From the sequence record SRR20825019_647: 64,000 bases of DNA. One strand, written 5' to 3'. The notes under the pieces were generated by a model that saw only the letters and a list, made by a program, of their open reading frames with translations, was not told the DNA's origin and ran no database searches. The position numbers were made by a program, and so were the translations under genes. Of the stretch, positions 39,981 through 49,981 are shown piece by piece; within the stretch, counting starts at the first letter, position 1; each line of letters begins with the position of its first letter.

Positions 39981-42900
39981 TTACTTAAGTTCGGCCAGTT
40001 CGGCTTCGATCAGCTCGCTCACGCGAGCCTTGGCATCGTCGAGGGTGAGTTCGCCTTTATCGATTTTCGCGAGGAAGCTTTTTTGGGCGAGGTAGTCCTG
40101 ATTGATGAGTCCCGCTTTGCTTTGCAGCATGCGCCACGCTTTACGGCGTTCGATGGCGAAGAGCACCATCTGACGTGAAACCGCATAGAAGCGCATCTTG
40201 CCATGTTCTTCGGCCTGGATGTAGCAGGTGAAGTTACCGGCGAAGCTGCGGTGCTTGGGATCAAAGACCCGACGGTGAATCACATCATCCTGCGTGATGA
40301 AGATCAGTTGATCGTCGAGGAGGGTAAGTTTGGCGGCATCCTCTTCGCTGATCTTTTTCACATGCTTGCGGAAACGCGCCTCGGTGATCGCCCAATGGGC
40401 CACGCCGAAGTTGTATTCCTCACCGGTCGTCGAGTATTTTGTGCGCCACCAGTCGCGGTTGATGCTCGGATTGCCTTTGAGATTGAAGGCCTCCTGAGCC
40501 GTTTCGCCCATGCGTGGATTGAATACGAATTCGGGCATGCCGCGCGCGTCGCGAATCATCTTGGCCTGATCGGCACTCATGTTGTCGGCGACGCCGTGCT
40601 CGGGCTGACAGGTCGTGTAGGCTTGGAAGAATGCCGTGCCGCGATACTCCAGACCGTCGAGCATCGACTTGTAGAGCTTGGCGGAATTGGCCATCGAGAC
40701 CTGGGCGACATAGGGCGATCCGTGGCCGCTGGTGAAGGCTTCGGAAACAATTTTCTTCTCAATCAGTTTCCCTTGGGAAGCGGCGCCGAACTGATTCATA
40801 TCGTAACCGCCGAGCATTGTGGAAGAGTCGGAATTTTGTCCGCCGGTATTGGAATACACCTGTGTGTCGAGCATGAGGATCTTCACGTTGGGACGGTTTT
40901 GCAGAATGACTTTCGAAACGTTTTGGAAACCGATATCGCCGAGCGCGCCGTCACCACCGACGACCCACACTTTCGGCAATTCACGGATTTCCTGTTCGGT
41001 CATCAGTGCGTCATCGAGACGGGTTAACGTGAAGTATTCTTCTTCGCTCGCCACGTTTTCCGTCCGATCGAGCAGGGCATCGGCCATGCGCTCGGGGGAA
41101 ACCGAGCGACGCGCGTGATCGACAATCACCGATTCGGCCATGAGCCATGAAATCGTCGCGCCATCCTGGAAGAGCGAGTTCATCCAAGGGTAGGGATGTG
41201 GATTGGAAGGAGGCGTCGAACCGTAAACGGTATTACAACCGGTGCTCGCGCCCATCATCATCACCGACATGCCGTTGGCGCGGCGCCCATCGACGGATTG
41301 GAGATCCTTATGGTTGAAAGCGTCCTGTTCGAGCACCGCAGCGAGACCACCGATCAGTTGCTCATCGGTGAGTGCGCCGTGCTTGGCCTCGTAATCGGCG
41401 ATGCGTTTTGCGGTATCGGCATCGTTTTCACCACCGAGCCCCATGACGACATGGGAAAACGTTTTCCGATAGAGCGCGTATTCGGTTTCGCTGCGCGCTT
41501 TGAGGGCCGCGAGTTTTTCGGCACCTTCCGAGGAGAGGCGGGCGGCCTTGGCGCGCAGACGATCCGCTTTCTGATGATAAATCGGCCGCATGTAGGCTTC
41601 GGTTACCGAGGCGGCACTGCGGAGAATACTCTTTTCGCCACAACCTGCACAGGCCCCGTCGCCGGAAACGAGTGCTTCGTAATTGCGCCGCACCATCAGG
41701 TGATTGCGAAGCGCTGCCTCGCGGGAGTTGGCCGCATCGCTGTCATCGTAGAGGCCGAGATACTTTTGGGGTGTATCGGGAAGGAGGCGGGAGAAGACCT
41801 GCGCGGTCGTGAGCTCGGCATTAAGATCCTCGGTTTCCCTAGTCATCCGCAAGGCATCGTGATCACCGCAGACCTGCACACATTCACCGCAACCTTTGCA
41901 GAGATCGGAGACGAAGATGGAGAACAGGCCGCCTTCACCGGGGTTCTTATTTTCGACCGAACGGAAGATCGCCGGCACGTTGCTGTAGGCGAGAGGAAGC
42001 TTATCAATGATGTTGAGAAACTCGCCCTTGGCCTGATCGGAAATCGTGGTCAGCGACGTGACTTCTTCACGGATGATCGTCTTGAAGGGCACATTGGTCT
42101 TGGCCTTCACGGATTCCTTCATCTTCTCACGGGCGCGTTCTTCGATCCCGACAATTTCGGTGCCGAATTTCAGGCGCTGATCGCGATCGGAAACGTAATT
42201 GTTCACCGCCGTTTTGAGCACGGTCGCGACTTCCTGGGAAGTATTCGGTAAAGCGGTATCGGGACAGGCGGTGATACACTCCATGCACTGCGTGCAGTTT
42301 TCCGCGATGTAAACCGGGGTCTCACGGCGTGCCACATACTTTGATTGGGTCGCGCCGGTGCCGGCCCCCATGACGCCAACGGAAGCGAATGCACCGGCCG
42401 GCTGATGATACCCAAGACCCGCACGATATTCGGAATCGAATTTCGCGATGGTTTGTAGCGGCGTGCGCGCTTCCTGCAGAGCAGGAGTCGGAATGCTGCC
42501 ACAACCGGCGGATTCACATCCGGCGGTGGGTGGGAAGTGATGATCACCGAAGGGGGCGAGCAACGGGTTGCGCATCGAAGAGTGATCGGCATCGCCTTCC
42601 TCCCCATATTTGATTTCGACGACGCGGGAAAACCCTTCGTTCATCACCGTCATGTTCGAATCGACGACGGCATCACCGAATCGCCCGAACTTTTTGACGT
42701 ATTGCTTGTGCACCACGTCCTGGAATTGTTCCTCGGAAATACCGAAGGTCTTGAGAAACGGCGATACCTTGAAGAACGCGCCGAGGAAGGAATTGCCCTG
42801 CATCCGCAGTTGCAGCTCGGTCTGATTGGTCGCCTTTCGGGCGATGTCGAAACCGGGTAGAATGAAGATGCGGATATCGTTTTCCTTAATCCATTGACGG

Positions 42901-44714
42901 TATTTCTCCGGCACGCGTTGCCAGGCGACGTCGGGTGATTCGCCGGATTCCCAAACGAGCGAACCGCCTTTCTTCAAACCTTCGAGCGGGTTGGTGTGGG
43001 TGAAGGCCTTGGGATCGCAGCAGAGCACGACATCCACATGGTTGAGCTCGCAGTTCACCTTGATCTGTTCGGGAGCGACCGTGAGGTAGTAGTTGGTGGG
43101 CGCTCCCTTTTTCTCCGAGCCGTATTTCGGATTCGCCATTACGAAGAGTTTGTCGAGCAGCGTGCCGTCTTCGTCGTAGTCGGGATTCTTTTCGGAAATA
43201 AATTGGCCGAAATCACCAATGATCGAACCGAGATTTTTACCGGTCGTGATCATACCCCATCCACCGATGGAATGGAATCGCACCGCGATTGCGCCTTCGG
43301 GCAGTAGGGAAGGGGTGTCCTTGCTGATGACCGCGTATGGATGATTCACGCCGAGCACGAAGAACGTTTCGCCATCGGCTGCCGTGCGACCATCGGCCCG
43401 GGCCGTTTGCCCGGTGGCAAATTCGTAGGCCCCCAAGCTGTGCTCGGGACGGAAATCGCGCGAACCGACACCGTAGGAACCACGGAACAGGCGGGGTGTT
43501 TCTTTCGGCGTGAGCTTCGGCACGAGGCCTCCATAGCTGGTGGCTTCGTTGGCTTTGCCGAGAGCACCACGGATGTCGCGGGCGAGGGGATTATCCCCGG
43601 CCATGCCTTCATCGGTGCGTTCGATGATGATGACGTTTTTCTTGCCGCGCAGGGCTTCGATGACCGCGGCTTCGGGGAAGGGGCGAATCACATTGATGTG
43701 AATCGAACCGACCTTGGCGTTGCGTTGTTCACGCAGATAATCGCAGGCCGCTTCAATATTGTCCGCCGCACAGCCGAGTGAAACGAAGACCGTATCGGCA
43801 TCGTCGGTTTTATATTCCGAAACGAACCCGTAGTGACGACCGGTCAGTCGGCCAAACTCTTCATAAGCCTCCTCGATCATACCAAGGATCGGCTCGTTGA
43901 AATTGTCACGACGTGCGACGATGCCGTTCATGTGGTGCTCCTGATTTTGCACCGGCCCGAGAAGAATCGGATTCTTGAGATCCATCATCCGGGGCACGCG
44001 ACGACGCTTTGGTCCGAAGAGTTCGCGCTGCGCTGGGGTCGGGCAGTCGATCATCTCATCCGGCGCCCCGAGATATTCGCGGAGAAATTCTGCTTCGGGT
44101 GCCAGGTAGAGGCGTTCTGAATGGGTCGTCAGCATGCCGTCCTGGACGTTCATCCCGGGATTGAGGGCTTGTTCGTTGACCCGGCGCATGATGATCGCCT
44201 GATCGGCAGCCTGCTGGGCGTCCTTGGCCATCATCATTGTCCAACCGGTATCGAGGGCAGAGTAAATATCGTCATGCCCACAATGCACATTGAGCGCATG
44301 TTTCGTCAGCGCGCGCGCACCGACTTCAATTACCATCGTCGAGAGTTTGCCGGGAGCGTGATAGTATTGCTCCATGGCATAAACAATGCCCTGTCCGGAG
44401 GTGAAATTTACGGTTCGCCGACCTTGCACGGCATAGGCGGTGGCACCGCCCTGGGCGGCGTGTTCGCCTTCCGTTTCGATGGCTACTTTTTGCTGACCCC
44501 AAACATTGAGATCTCCCTGTGCGAAAGATTGTTGATAAATCTCACCGCCTTCGGTCGAGGGAGTGATGGGATAGAATACACCTCCTTCGGTGATACGGAC
44601 TTCGACATGCTGCGTGACAAGGTAGTTGCCGTTGCAAGTGACGCGGATGCCGGGGTAGCGGGGTTTACCGGGATTGGCAGGGGAACCAGCGGATTTCGGG
44701 GTCGAATTACTCAT
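39981..44714 (-). CDS. Large single-chain pyruvate/2-oxoacid:ferredoxin (flavodoxin) oxidoreductase
   Basis: YPITPS, FTSGQG, CTQCMECITACP, CKGCGECVQVCG, GACAGCGE, GGDG..DIG, YSNTGGQ; start re-called at 44714 (MSNST). Confidence 0.9.
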   Translation of the reverse strand: MSNSTPKSAGSPANPGKPRYPGIRVTCNGNYLVTQHVEVRITEGGVFYPITPSTEGGEIYQQSFAQGDLNVWGQQKVAIETEGEHAAQGGATAYAVQGRRTVNFTSGQGIVYAMEQYYHAPGKLSTMVIEVGARALTKHALNVHCGHDDIYSALDTGWTMMMAKDAQQAADQAIIMRRVNEQALNPGMNVQDGMLTTHSERLYLAPEAEFLREYLGAPDEMIDCPTPAQRELFGPKRRRVPRMMDLKNPILLGPVQNQEHHMNGIVARRDNFNEPILGMIEEAYEEFGRLTGRHYGFVSEYKTDDADTVFVSLGCAADNIEAACDYLREQRNAKVGSIHINVIRPFPEAAVIEALRGKKNVIIIERTDEGMAGDNPLARDIRGALGKANEATSYGGLVPKLTPKETPRLFRGSYGVGSRDFRPEHSLGAYEFATGQTARADGRTAADGETFFVLGVNHPYAVISKDTPSLLPEGAIAVRFHSIGGWGMITTGKNLGSIIGDFGQFISEKNPDYDEDGTLLDKLFVMANPKYGSEKKGAPTNYYLTVAPEQIKVNCELNHVDVVLCCDPKAFTHTNPLEGLKKGGSLVWESGESPDVAWQRVPEKYRQWIKENDIRIFILPGFDIARKATNQTELQLRMQGNSFLGAFFKVSPFLKTFGISEEQFQDVVHKQYVKKFGRFGDAVVDSNMTVMNEGFSRVVEIKYGEEGDADHSSMRNPLLAPFGDHHFPPTAGCESAGCGSIPTPALQEARTPLQTIAKFDSEYRAGLGYHQPAGAFASVGVMGAGTGATQSKYVARRETPVYIAENCTQCMECITACPDTALPNTSQEVATVLKTAVNNYVSDRDQRLKFGTEIVGIEERAREKMKESVKAKTNVPFKTIIREEVTSLTTISDQAKGEFLNIIDKLPLAYSNVPAIFRSVENKNPGEGGLFSIFVSDLCKGCGECVQVCGDHDALRMTRETEDLNAELTTAQVFSRLLPDTPQKYLGLYDDSDAANSREAALRNHLMVRRNYEALVSGDGACAGCGEKSILRSAASVTEAYMRPIYHQKADRLRAKAARLSSEGAEKLAALKARSETEYALYRKTFSHVVMGLGGENDADTAKRIADYEAKHGALTDEQLIGGLAAVLEQDAFNHKDLQSVDGRRANGMSVMMMGASTGCNTVYGSTPPSNPHPYPWMNSLFQDGATISWLMAESVIVDHARRSVSPERMADALLDRTENVASEEEYFTLTRLDDALMTEQEIRELPKVWVVGGDGALGDIGFQNVSKVILQNRPNVKILMLDTQVYSNTGGQNSDSSTMLGGYDMNQFGAASQGKLIEKKIVSEAFTSGHGSPYVAQVSMANSAKLYKSMLDGLEYRGTAFFQAYTTCQPEHGVADNMSADQAKMIRDARGMPEFVFNPRMGETAQEAFNLKGNPSINRDWWRTKYSTTGEEYNFGVAHWAITEARFRKHVKKISEEDAAKLTLLDDQLIFITQDDVIHRRVFDPKHRSFAGNFTCYIQAEEHGKMRFYAVSRQMVLFAIERRKAWRMLQSKAGLINQDYLAQKSFLAKIDKGELTLDDAKARVSELIEAELAELK

Positions 44715-44868
44715 AAATAGCGAGGGGGCGCAGATTAATTTGAGGCGGAAAATTTCCGCATAAGGAAACACAATGTCCGATATTAGACTCAAATCAAAGT
44801 GAAAAGAGTGTCATCGGATCTCCGGAAAATGGATAACGACATCCCCGAAATGTCGTGAAACCAAGACT

Positions 44869-46101
44869 CTAACCTATTCCGAAAAACTTCTGAATCCGAC
44901 TCAACGAAGCGACGAGCACATCGATCTCCTCGGCGGTATTGTAAACGTAGAAGCTTGCCCGGGTCGTGCTGGTGAGTCCGAGTTTGCGCATGAGGGGCTG
45001 GTTGCAGTGATGGCCACCGCGCAGGGCGAGACCGTCTTCATCCGCAAAAGTGACAATGTCGTGCGCGTGGACGTCGGCGAAAGCGAAACTCACCACCCCG
45101 CAACGGTCCTGTTTGGGTCCGAGAATGCGAATCCCGGGCAGAGCGCTGAGTTTTTCATAGGCTAGCTGACCAAGCTCGTGATCGTGTTTGGCGATAGCGG
45201 CGCGATCCAACGAATCGAGGTAATCGCAGGCCGCCCCCAGCGCGATCGCATCAGCAATATTGGGCGTTCCGGCTTCGAATCGTTCCGGTGAGGGTTTCCA
45301 GGTCGCGCCCTCGTAATCCACGGTGACAACCATGCCACCGCCGGTTTCGTCCGGCGCGAGCTTGTCGAGCAGGGCCCGCTTTCCGTAGAGCACCCCGATA
45401 CCGGTGGGCCCGCACATCTTGTGCCCGGAGAACGCGAGAAAATCGCAATCCAACTCACGCACATCGAGCGGCATGTGGCCGATCGACTGAGCGGCATCGA
45501 CTACCGTGATCGCGCCAACGGCACGGGCGCGTCGGCAAAACTCATTGATCGGATTGATCGAGCCGAGCGTGTTGGAAATATGGGTGAAGGCGAAAATCTT
45601 CACCTCGGGAGTGAGGAGTGTGTCGAGGGCATCGAGGTCGAGTCCTCCCTCGGCATTCTCGCCGAGCACCGGCACGTATTTGATCGTCGCACCGCTGGCC
45701 TTGGCGGCCTGTTGCCATGGCACGAGATTGGAATGATGCTCTATCTCAGTGGTGAGGATCACATCGCCGGGTTTGAGGTGGGCGTGACTCCAACTGCGTG
45801 CAACGATGTTGATGCTCTCGGTGGTGCCGCGGGTGAAAATGATTTCAGCGGGATCGGCCGCATTGATGAATTTGGCCACGCGGGTGCGCGCGCCTTCGTA
45901 GCTATTCGTCGCACGCATCGAGAGAGCGTGGAGGCCACGATGCACGTTGCTGTTGTCGCGTTCGTAATACTCGACGAGCGACTGAATCACGCTGCGTGGC
46001 TTTTGGGCGGTCGCGGCGCTGTCGAGATAGACCAGCGGCTTGCCGTTTACCTGTTGATCGAGCACCGGAAAATCGGCGCGAACATTGTGCCAATCGGGCA
46101 T
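44869..46101 (-). CDS. sufS: Cysteine desulfurase, SufS group
   Basis: YLDSAATAQKP, EHHSN, FSGHKM, RGGHHC. Confidence 0.93.
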   Translation of the reverse strand: MPDWHNVRADFPVLDQQVNGKPLVYLDSAATAQKPRSVIQSLVEYYERDNSNVHRGLHALSMRATNSYEGARTRVAKFINAADPAEIIFTRGTTESINIVARSWSHAHLKPGDVILTTEIEHHSNLVPWQQAAKASGATIKYVPVLGENAEGGLDLDALDTLLTPEVKIFAFTHISNTLGSINPINEFCRRARAVGAITVVDAAQSIGHMPLDVRELDCDFLAFSGHKMCGPTGIGVLYGKRALLDKLAPDETGGGMVVTVDYEGATWKPSPERFEAGTPNIADAIALGAACDYLDSLDRAAIAKHDHELGQLAYEKLSALPGIRILGPKQDRCGVVSFAFADVHAHDIVTFADEDGLALRGGHHCNQPLMRKLGLTSTTRASFYVYNTAEEIDVLVASLSRIQKFFGIG

Positions 46102-46103
46102 GT

Positions 46104-46556
46104 TTAGTCGTTGTGGGTTTCCGTCGTCGCAGGCGAATCATCGCCTTTGAGGGCGTTGAGCGCGGCGTGCCAACCGAGAGTGGCGCATTTGATGCGGGCG
46201 GGAAAGGCGTGGACTCCGGCAAAAGCGGCGACGTCGCTGATTTCCTCGGGCTCCTTGCCGGAGGTCACGATATCGTGGAATTCGTTAAAAAGCTTTTCGG
46301 CTTCGTCAGCAGTTTTTCCTTTGAGCTGAGTGGTCATCAGGGAAGCACTCGCTTGGGAGATCGCGCAACCGGAGCCATCGAAAGTGATTTCGCTAATCTT
46401 ATCGCCGTCGAGATTGAGATACACGCTGCATTGATCGCCACAGGAAGGGTTGTCTCCGTGGGCCACGCGGGTGGCTTGGGGGAGTTTGCCGCGATTGCGC
46501 GGACGGCGATTATGGTCGAGGATGACCTGCTGATAAAGGTCGGAAAGGTCGGACAT
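46104..46556 (-). CDS. sufU: SufU/NifU-like Fe-S assembly protein
   Basis: LYQQVILDH, NPSCGD, GCAISQASAS, RIKCATL. Confidence 0.92.
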   Translation of the reverse strand: MSDLSDLYQQVILDHNRRPRNRGKLPQATRVAHGDNPSCGDQCSVYLNLDGDKISEITFDGSGCAISQASASLMTTQLKGKTADEAEKLFNEFHDIVTSGKEPEEISDVAAFAGVHAFPARIKCATLGWHAALNALKGDDSPATTETHND

Positions 46557-46628
46557 GAGGAAAGACCTTAACGAAAACTTTCCCCGGCGCAAAGCCGCGA
46601 TTCATTTTTACGCGACATAAGTCTTTTG

Positions 46629-46774
46629 GTCACAGAGGACACGGAGAGAAATAGAGAGGCACGGAGAATCGGCCACCTACGTGGCCATATCGTCCCTAGC
46701 CATAAAACCAATATCTGGGGAAACCCTAGGGCTTTCTCGGTGATCTCCTGTTAAACCTCCGTGAGCTCTGTGAC
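46629..46774. repeat. MITE/REP-like element with nested imperfect inverted repeats
   Basis: GTCACAGAGGACACGGAG (46629-46646) matches the reverse complement of 46757-46774 at 16/18; inner CACGGAGAA / TTCTCGGTG pair. Confidence 0.6.
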
Positions 46775-46796
46775 TAGAACCCACTAAATGGCTATC

Positions 46797-47849
46797 TCAC
46801 TCGAAGCTCACCGGTTTGCCGGTGTCGGCAGAGGCGTAGAAAGCGTCGGTGACGCGGGCGAAGAGGAGGGAATCTTCGAGGGTGGTCATCGGCTTACGCT
46901 TTTCGAGAATGGCTTCGACAAAGTCGATGACCACACCGTCGTGTTCGGCTCCGGAGCCCGATTCATCACCTTCCCAGAAGACACTCGTTTTGGTGCCGGT
47001 GCCGGGATTGGGTTGGATCAACGTGATCTTCGTGGTCTCGTTTTTCAGCATTTGCATATCGAGCGAACCTTCGTCGCCACAGATTTGCCAAATGCTGTTC
47101 GCGGGCATGGAGGAGAATTCCGCTCGATCATAGCTGAAGACACAGCCTTCCTCAAAGGTGACGAGGCCGGTGATATGTGTTTCCGCATCGGAACCTTCGG
47201 CGGCATAAGCACGAAATGCTTCCGGCACCTGCCAGGTCTGGGCGAGGGCATATTTAGGGGTGAGTTTGAAATCGAACATGCCCATGAGGTAATCGAAGTC
47301 ATAGCAGCCCCAGTTGACGAAGATCCCGCCGCCATTGAGATCGCGACGCAGGCGCCAGACCGGAGGATGTTCGGCGGGAGCATTGGCGGGTTGGGTGGCT
47401 GCCCGGCAGGTGATGGTGCGAATCTTGCCAAGTCCACCTTCCTTGATGAATTTGTGAATGGCCTTCGAAGATTCGAAGGAATGGTAGCGAGAGGAACAGC
47501 AGGCCCCGACTCGATCGCCTTGGGCGGCGATCATCGTGCGCACTTCCGCTGCATTCATTGCGACCGGTTTTTCGGTGAGGACGTGCTTGCCCTGTTTAAA
47601 GGCTTCGATCGCGAGGGCGGTTCGCGCAGTGGCGGGGAGGGCGAGGATCACGGCATCGATGGCGGGATCGGCGAACAGTTCCGACGCACTCGTGCTCCAG
47701 CGTTCGATACCGAATTCTTCAGCGGTCTTTTTGGCAAAATCTTCACGAAGATCGCAGACGGCGGCGGCGCGAGCGTTGTTGAGTTTAGCGAGTGCGCGCA
47801 TGTGAAATTGCGCGATGACACCGCATCCGATGATGGCTATATTGAGCAT
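46797..47849 (-). CDS. Gfo/Idh/MocA family oxidoreductase
   Basis: IAIIGCGVIA, HVLTEKP, GGGIFVNWGCY; start re-called at 47849. Confidence 0.9.
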   Translation of the reverse strand: MLNIAIIGCGVIAQFHMRALAKLNNARAAAVCDLREDFAKKTAEEFGIERWSTSASELFADPAIDAVILALPATARTALAIEAFKQGKHVLTEKPVAMNAAEVRTMIAAQGDRVGACCSSRYHSFESSKAIHKFIKEGGLGKIRTITCRAATQPANAPAEHPPVWRLRRDLNGGGIFVNWGCYDFDYLMGMFDFKLTPKYALAQTWQVPEAFRAYAAEGSDAETHITGLVTFEEGCVFSYDRAEFSSMPANSIWQICGDEGSLDMQMLKNETTKITLIQPNPGTGTKTSVFWEGDESGSGAEHDGVVIDFVEAILEKRKPMTTLEDSLLFARVTDAFYASADTGKPVSFE

Positions 47850-47913
47850 AATGTTTGGGAAAAGGGAGAGAGGATTGCTTTCAGCAACTGATCTCATTGT
47901 CTAGTGCTACTTC

Positions 47914-48802
47914 TGTGTCACTGACAACATTCATCGGTAGCGAACTCGTCACGGCGGTGGGCCGTTTGCAACGATCCCGGATTCTGGGACCGTGGGCGGG
48001 GTGTCGTCCGGCCGAGATTCACGGTGCGGCGAGATTCGTGCCCGCGCTCTATGATGATAGTCACGCACACGAACACGCGGAACTCTGTTTGCTGATCGAA
48101 GGGAGCTGTCTTTTCAGTCTGGATCACGAAGCGGCGATGTTGACGGAAGGCGATCTGGTGGTGTGCCCTGCCGGGCATTCTCACGCGGAGGCTTATGGTC
48201 GTTCGCGTCGCAGTTATCGGCTCGCCTGGTGGAGTCTTCACCCCGATGAACCGACTTTGCATATCACGCGCTATACTCGGGAAATGGGATTTGCGCTGGA
48301 TTACCAAATGAATCTTTCCGTGCTTCCGGCTGAGGCGCAGAAGCGTTTGGAGGGGTTGCGTAAAATGTCGGCAGGGACGGCGGATCCGGTCGTGGATGGG
48401 TTGCGTGAGGCCCTGTTGACGCTGACTTTGGCCCTGTATCGACGGGTGCTGGATGGGGGTGAATCACAATTCGATACCCGTGCCCAACTGGTGCGACGCG
48501 CTGTGCAGTTTGTGCGCGGCGAATCGATGCGTCCGTTGTCCTTGGCCGACGTCGCGCGCGAAGTGCATGTATCGCCAAATTATCTCACGGCGCTCTTTCG
48601 TGCGGAGACGGGCCTGCCGCTCGGCCGATTCATTTTGGGAGAACGCATTACGCGGGCGCAAACGCTGCTCCGCGAACCGGAGGCGAGTGTCAAGCGGGTG
48701 GCACACGAATTGGGCTTCGCGGATCCGTTTACGTTTAGCCGTGCTTTCAAACGCGTGACCGGCAAAGCACCCCGGGTCTGGTTGGCCAGTGCGGATGCAT
48801 AA
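47914..48802 (+). CDS. AraC-family regulator with cupin sensor domain
   Basis: HAHEHAEL cupin motif; SPNYLTALFR, VAHELGFADPFTFSRAFKR; start uncertain. Confidence 0.9.
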
Positions 48803-48869
48803 TAGGATTGTTGTCGGGCGATGAGGTGACCTAGTTGTTACTCTGCTTGAGCACCCCAGTCTTTTAATT

Positions 48870-49769
48870 ATGGAAACGTCTCCCGAACGCCCCTTTCCCG
48901 CGCTGACTCCCGCGCAACGGTATCACTTCGAAGTCAATGGTTACGTAGTCGTGCCCGACGTGCTGAGCGCGACTGAATGTGCTTCGATTCGTGAGGCCCT
49001 ACAGGCGACCAAGAGCGAAATCCGTTCACGTCCGGGGGATTATGAATTGAGCCCCGGTGAACCGCGCTTCATCACGGATCAACCTCACCATGTTTTTATG
49101 GGAGGCATTCTTCAGGATAACCCGCTCTACACCTCCTACGCGACCCATCCACGCTTGGTGGGGATGGTCGAAGAGGTGATTGGCGGCGCGGCGCGGATCG
49201 TGGAGATGAATGCGCACATCAATTCACGTGATCCCAAGTATGATCCGAACGAGAAACCCAAGTTTGGTTTTCACAACGGAATCGATGTGCCTTATGGCAG
49301 TCACACCAAGAATGGCTTGTTTCATTGCAGCTTTGTGAAAACGCTCACGAATCTCACCGATCTCGGACCGGATGACGGTGGCACGGTGGTGGTGGCGGGG
49401 AGTCACAAGATTGATGTGCCGCTCAAGGAGATGATCGATGCGGGCTACGCCGATCCGAAATTGATTCATCAGGTGATCGCACCAGCCGGATCGACGCTAC
49501 TCTTCGCTGAGACCTTGATTCACGCGACCGGTCAATTGCGGAGTGAAAACGAGCGCGCGATCATCATTTGTGGTTATGGGACTTCGATGTATCCACATTG
49601 GGGCGAAGACGAATTGAGACCGGAGTTTGTGGCGACAATTCCGGCGCATCTGCATACCCTCTTTCAGGGCAAGGCCCATTGGACGCGCGGACCGAAATAT
49701 CGCTCATTGGCGGAACCCGCGGATGCCAGGCATTTTACTTTAGCTGATGGCTGGCATGCCGGAAAATAG
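48870..49769 (+). CDS. PhyH-like (phytanoyl-CoA dioxygenase family) protein
   Basis: FEVNGYVVVPDVL, GGTVVVAGSH, AGSTLLF..LIH; usual HxD appears as HNG. Confidence 0.8.
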   Translation: METSPERPFPALTPAQRYHFEVNGYVVVPDVLSATECASIREALQATKSEIRSRPGDYELSPGEPRFITDQPHHVFMGGILQDNPLYTSYATHPRLVGMVEEVIGGAARIVEMNAHINSRDPKYDPNEKPKFGFHNGIDVPYGSHTKNGLFHCSFVKTLTNLTDLGPDDGGTVVVAGSHKIDVPLKEMIDAGYADPKLIHQVIAPAGSTLLFAETLIHATGQLRSENERAIIICGYGTSMYPHWGEDELRPEFVATIPAHLHTLFQGKAHWTRGPKYRSLAEPADARHFTLADGWHAGK

Positions 49770-49981
49770 GAGCGTTTGCATGAGCGCCTCTGTCGCGCTC
49801 TAACTATGTGGCAACCCATGATTACATGCTGTTTACTCCCACCAGTGCTCGTGGATTGCCGCGTCTCTCGTTTTGCGGGATCCTCGCGATGACAAATCCC
49901 CGGACTCCGAGTGTAAGTTTCGACATGGCTTTGTAAGCCGGACTATTCCCGAAATTCGCCGCACCTGCTAATCTTCAGAAC

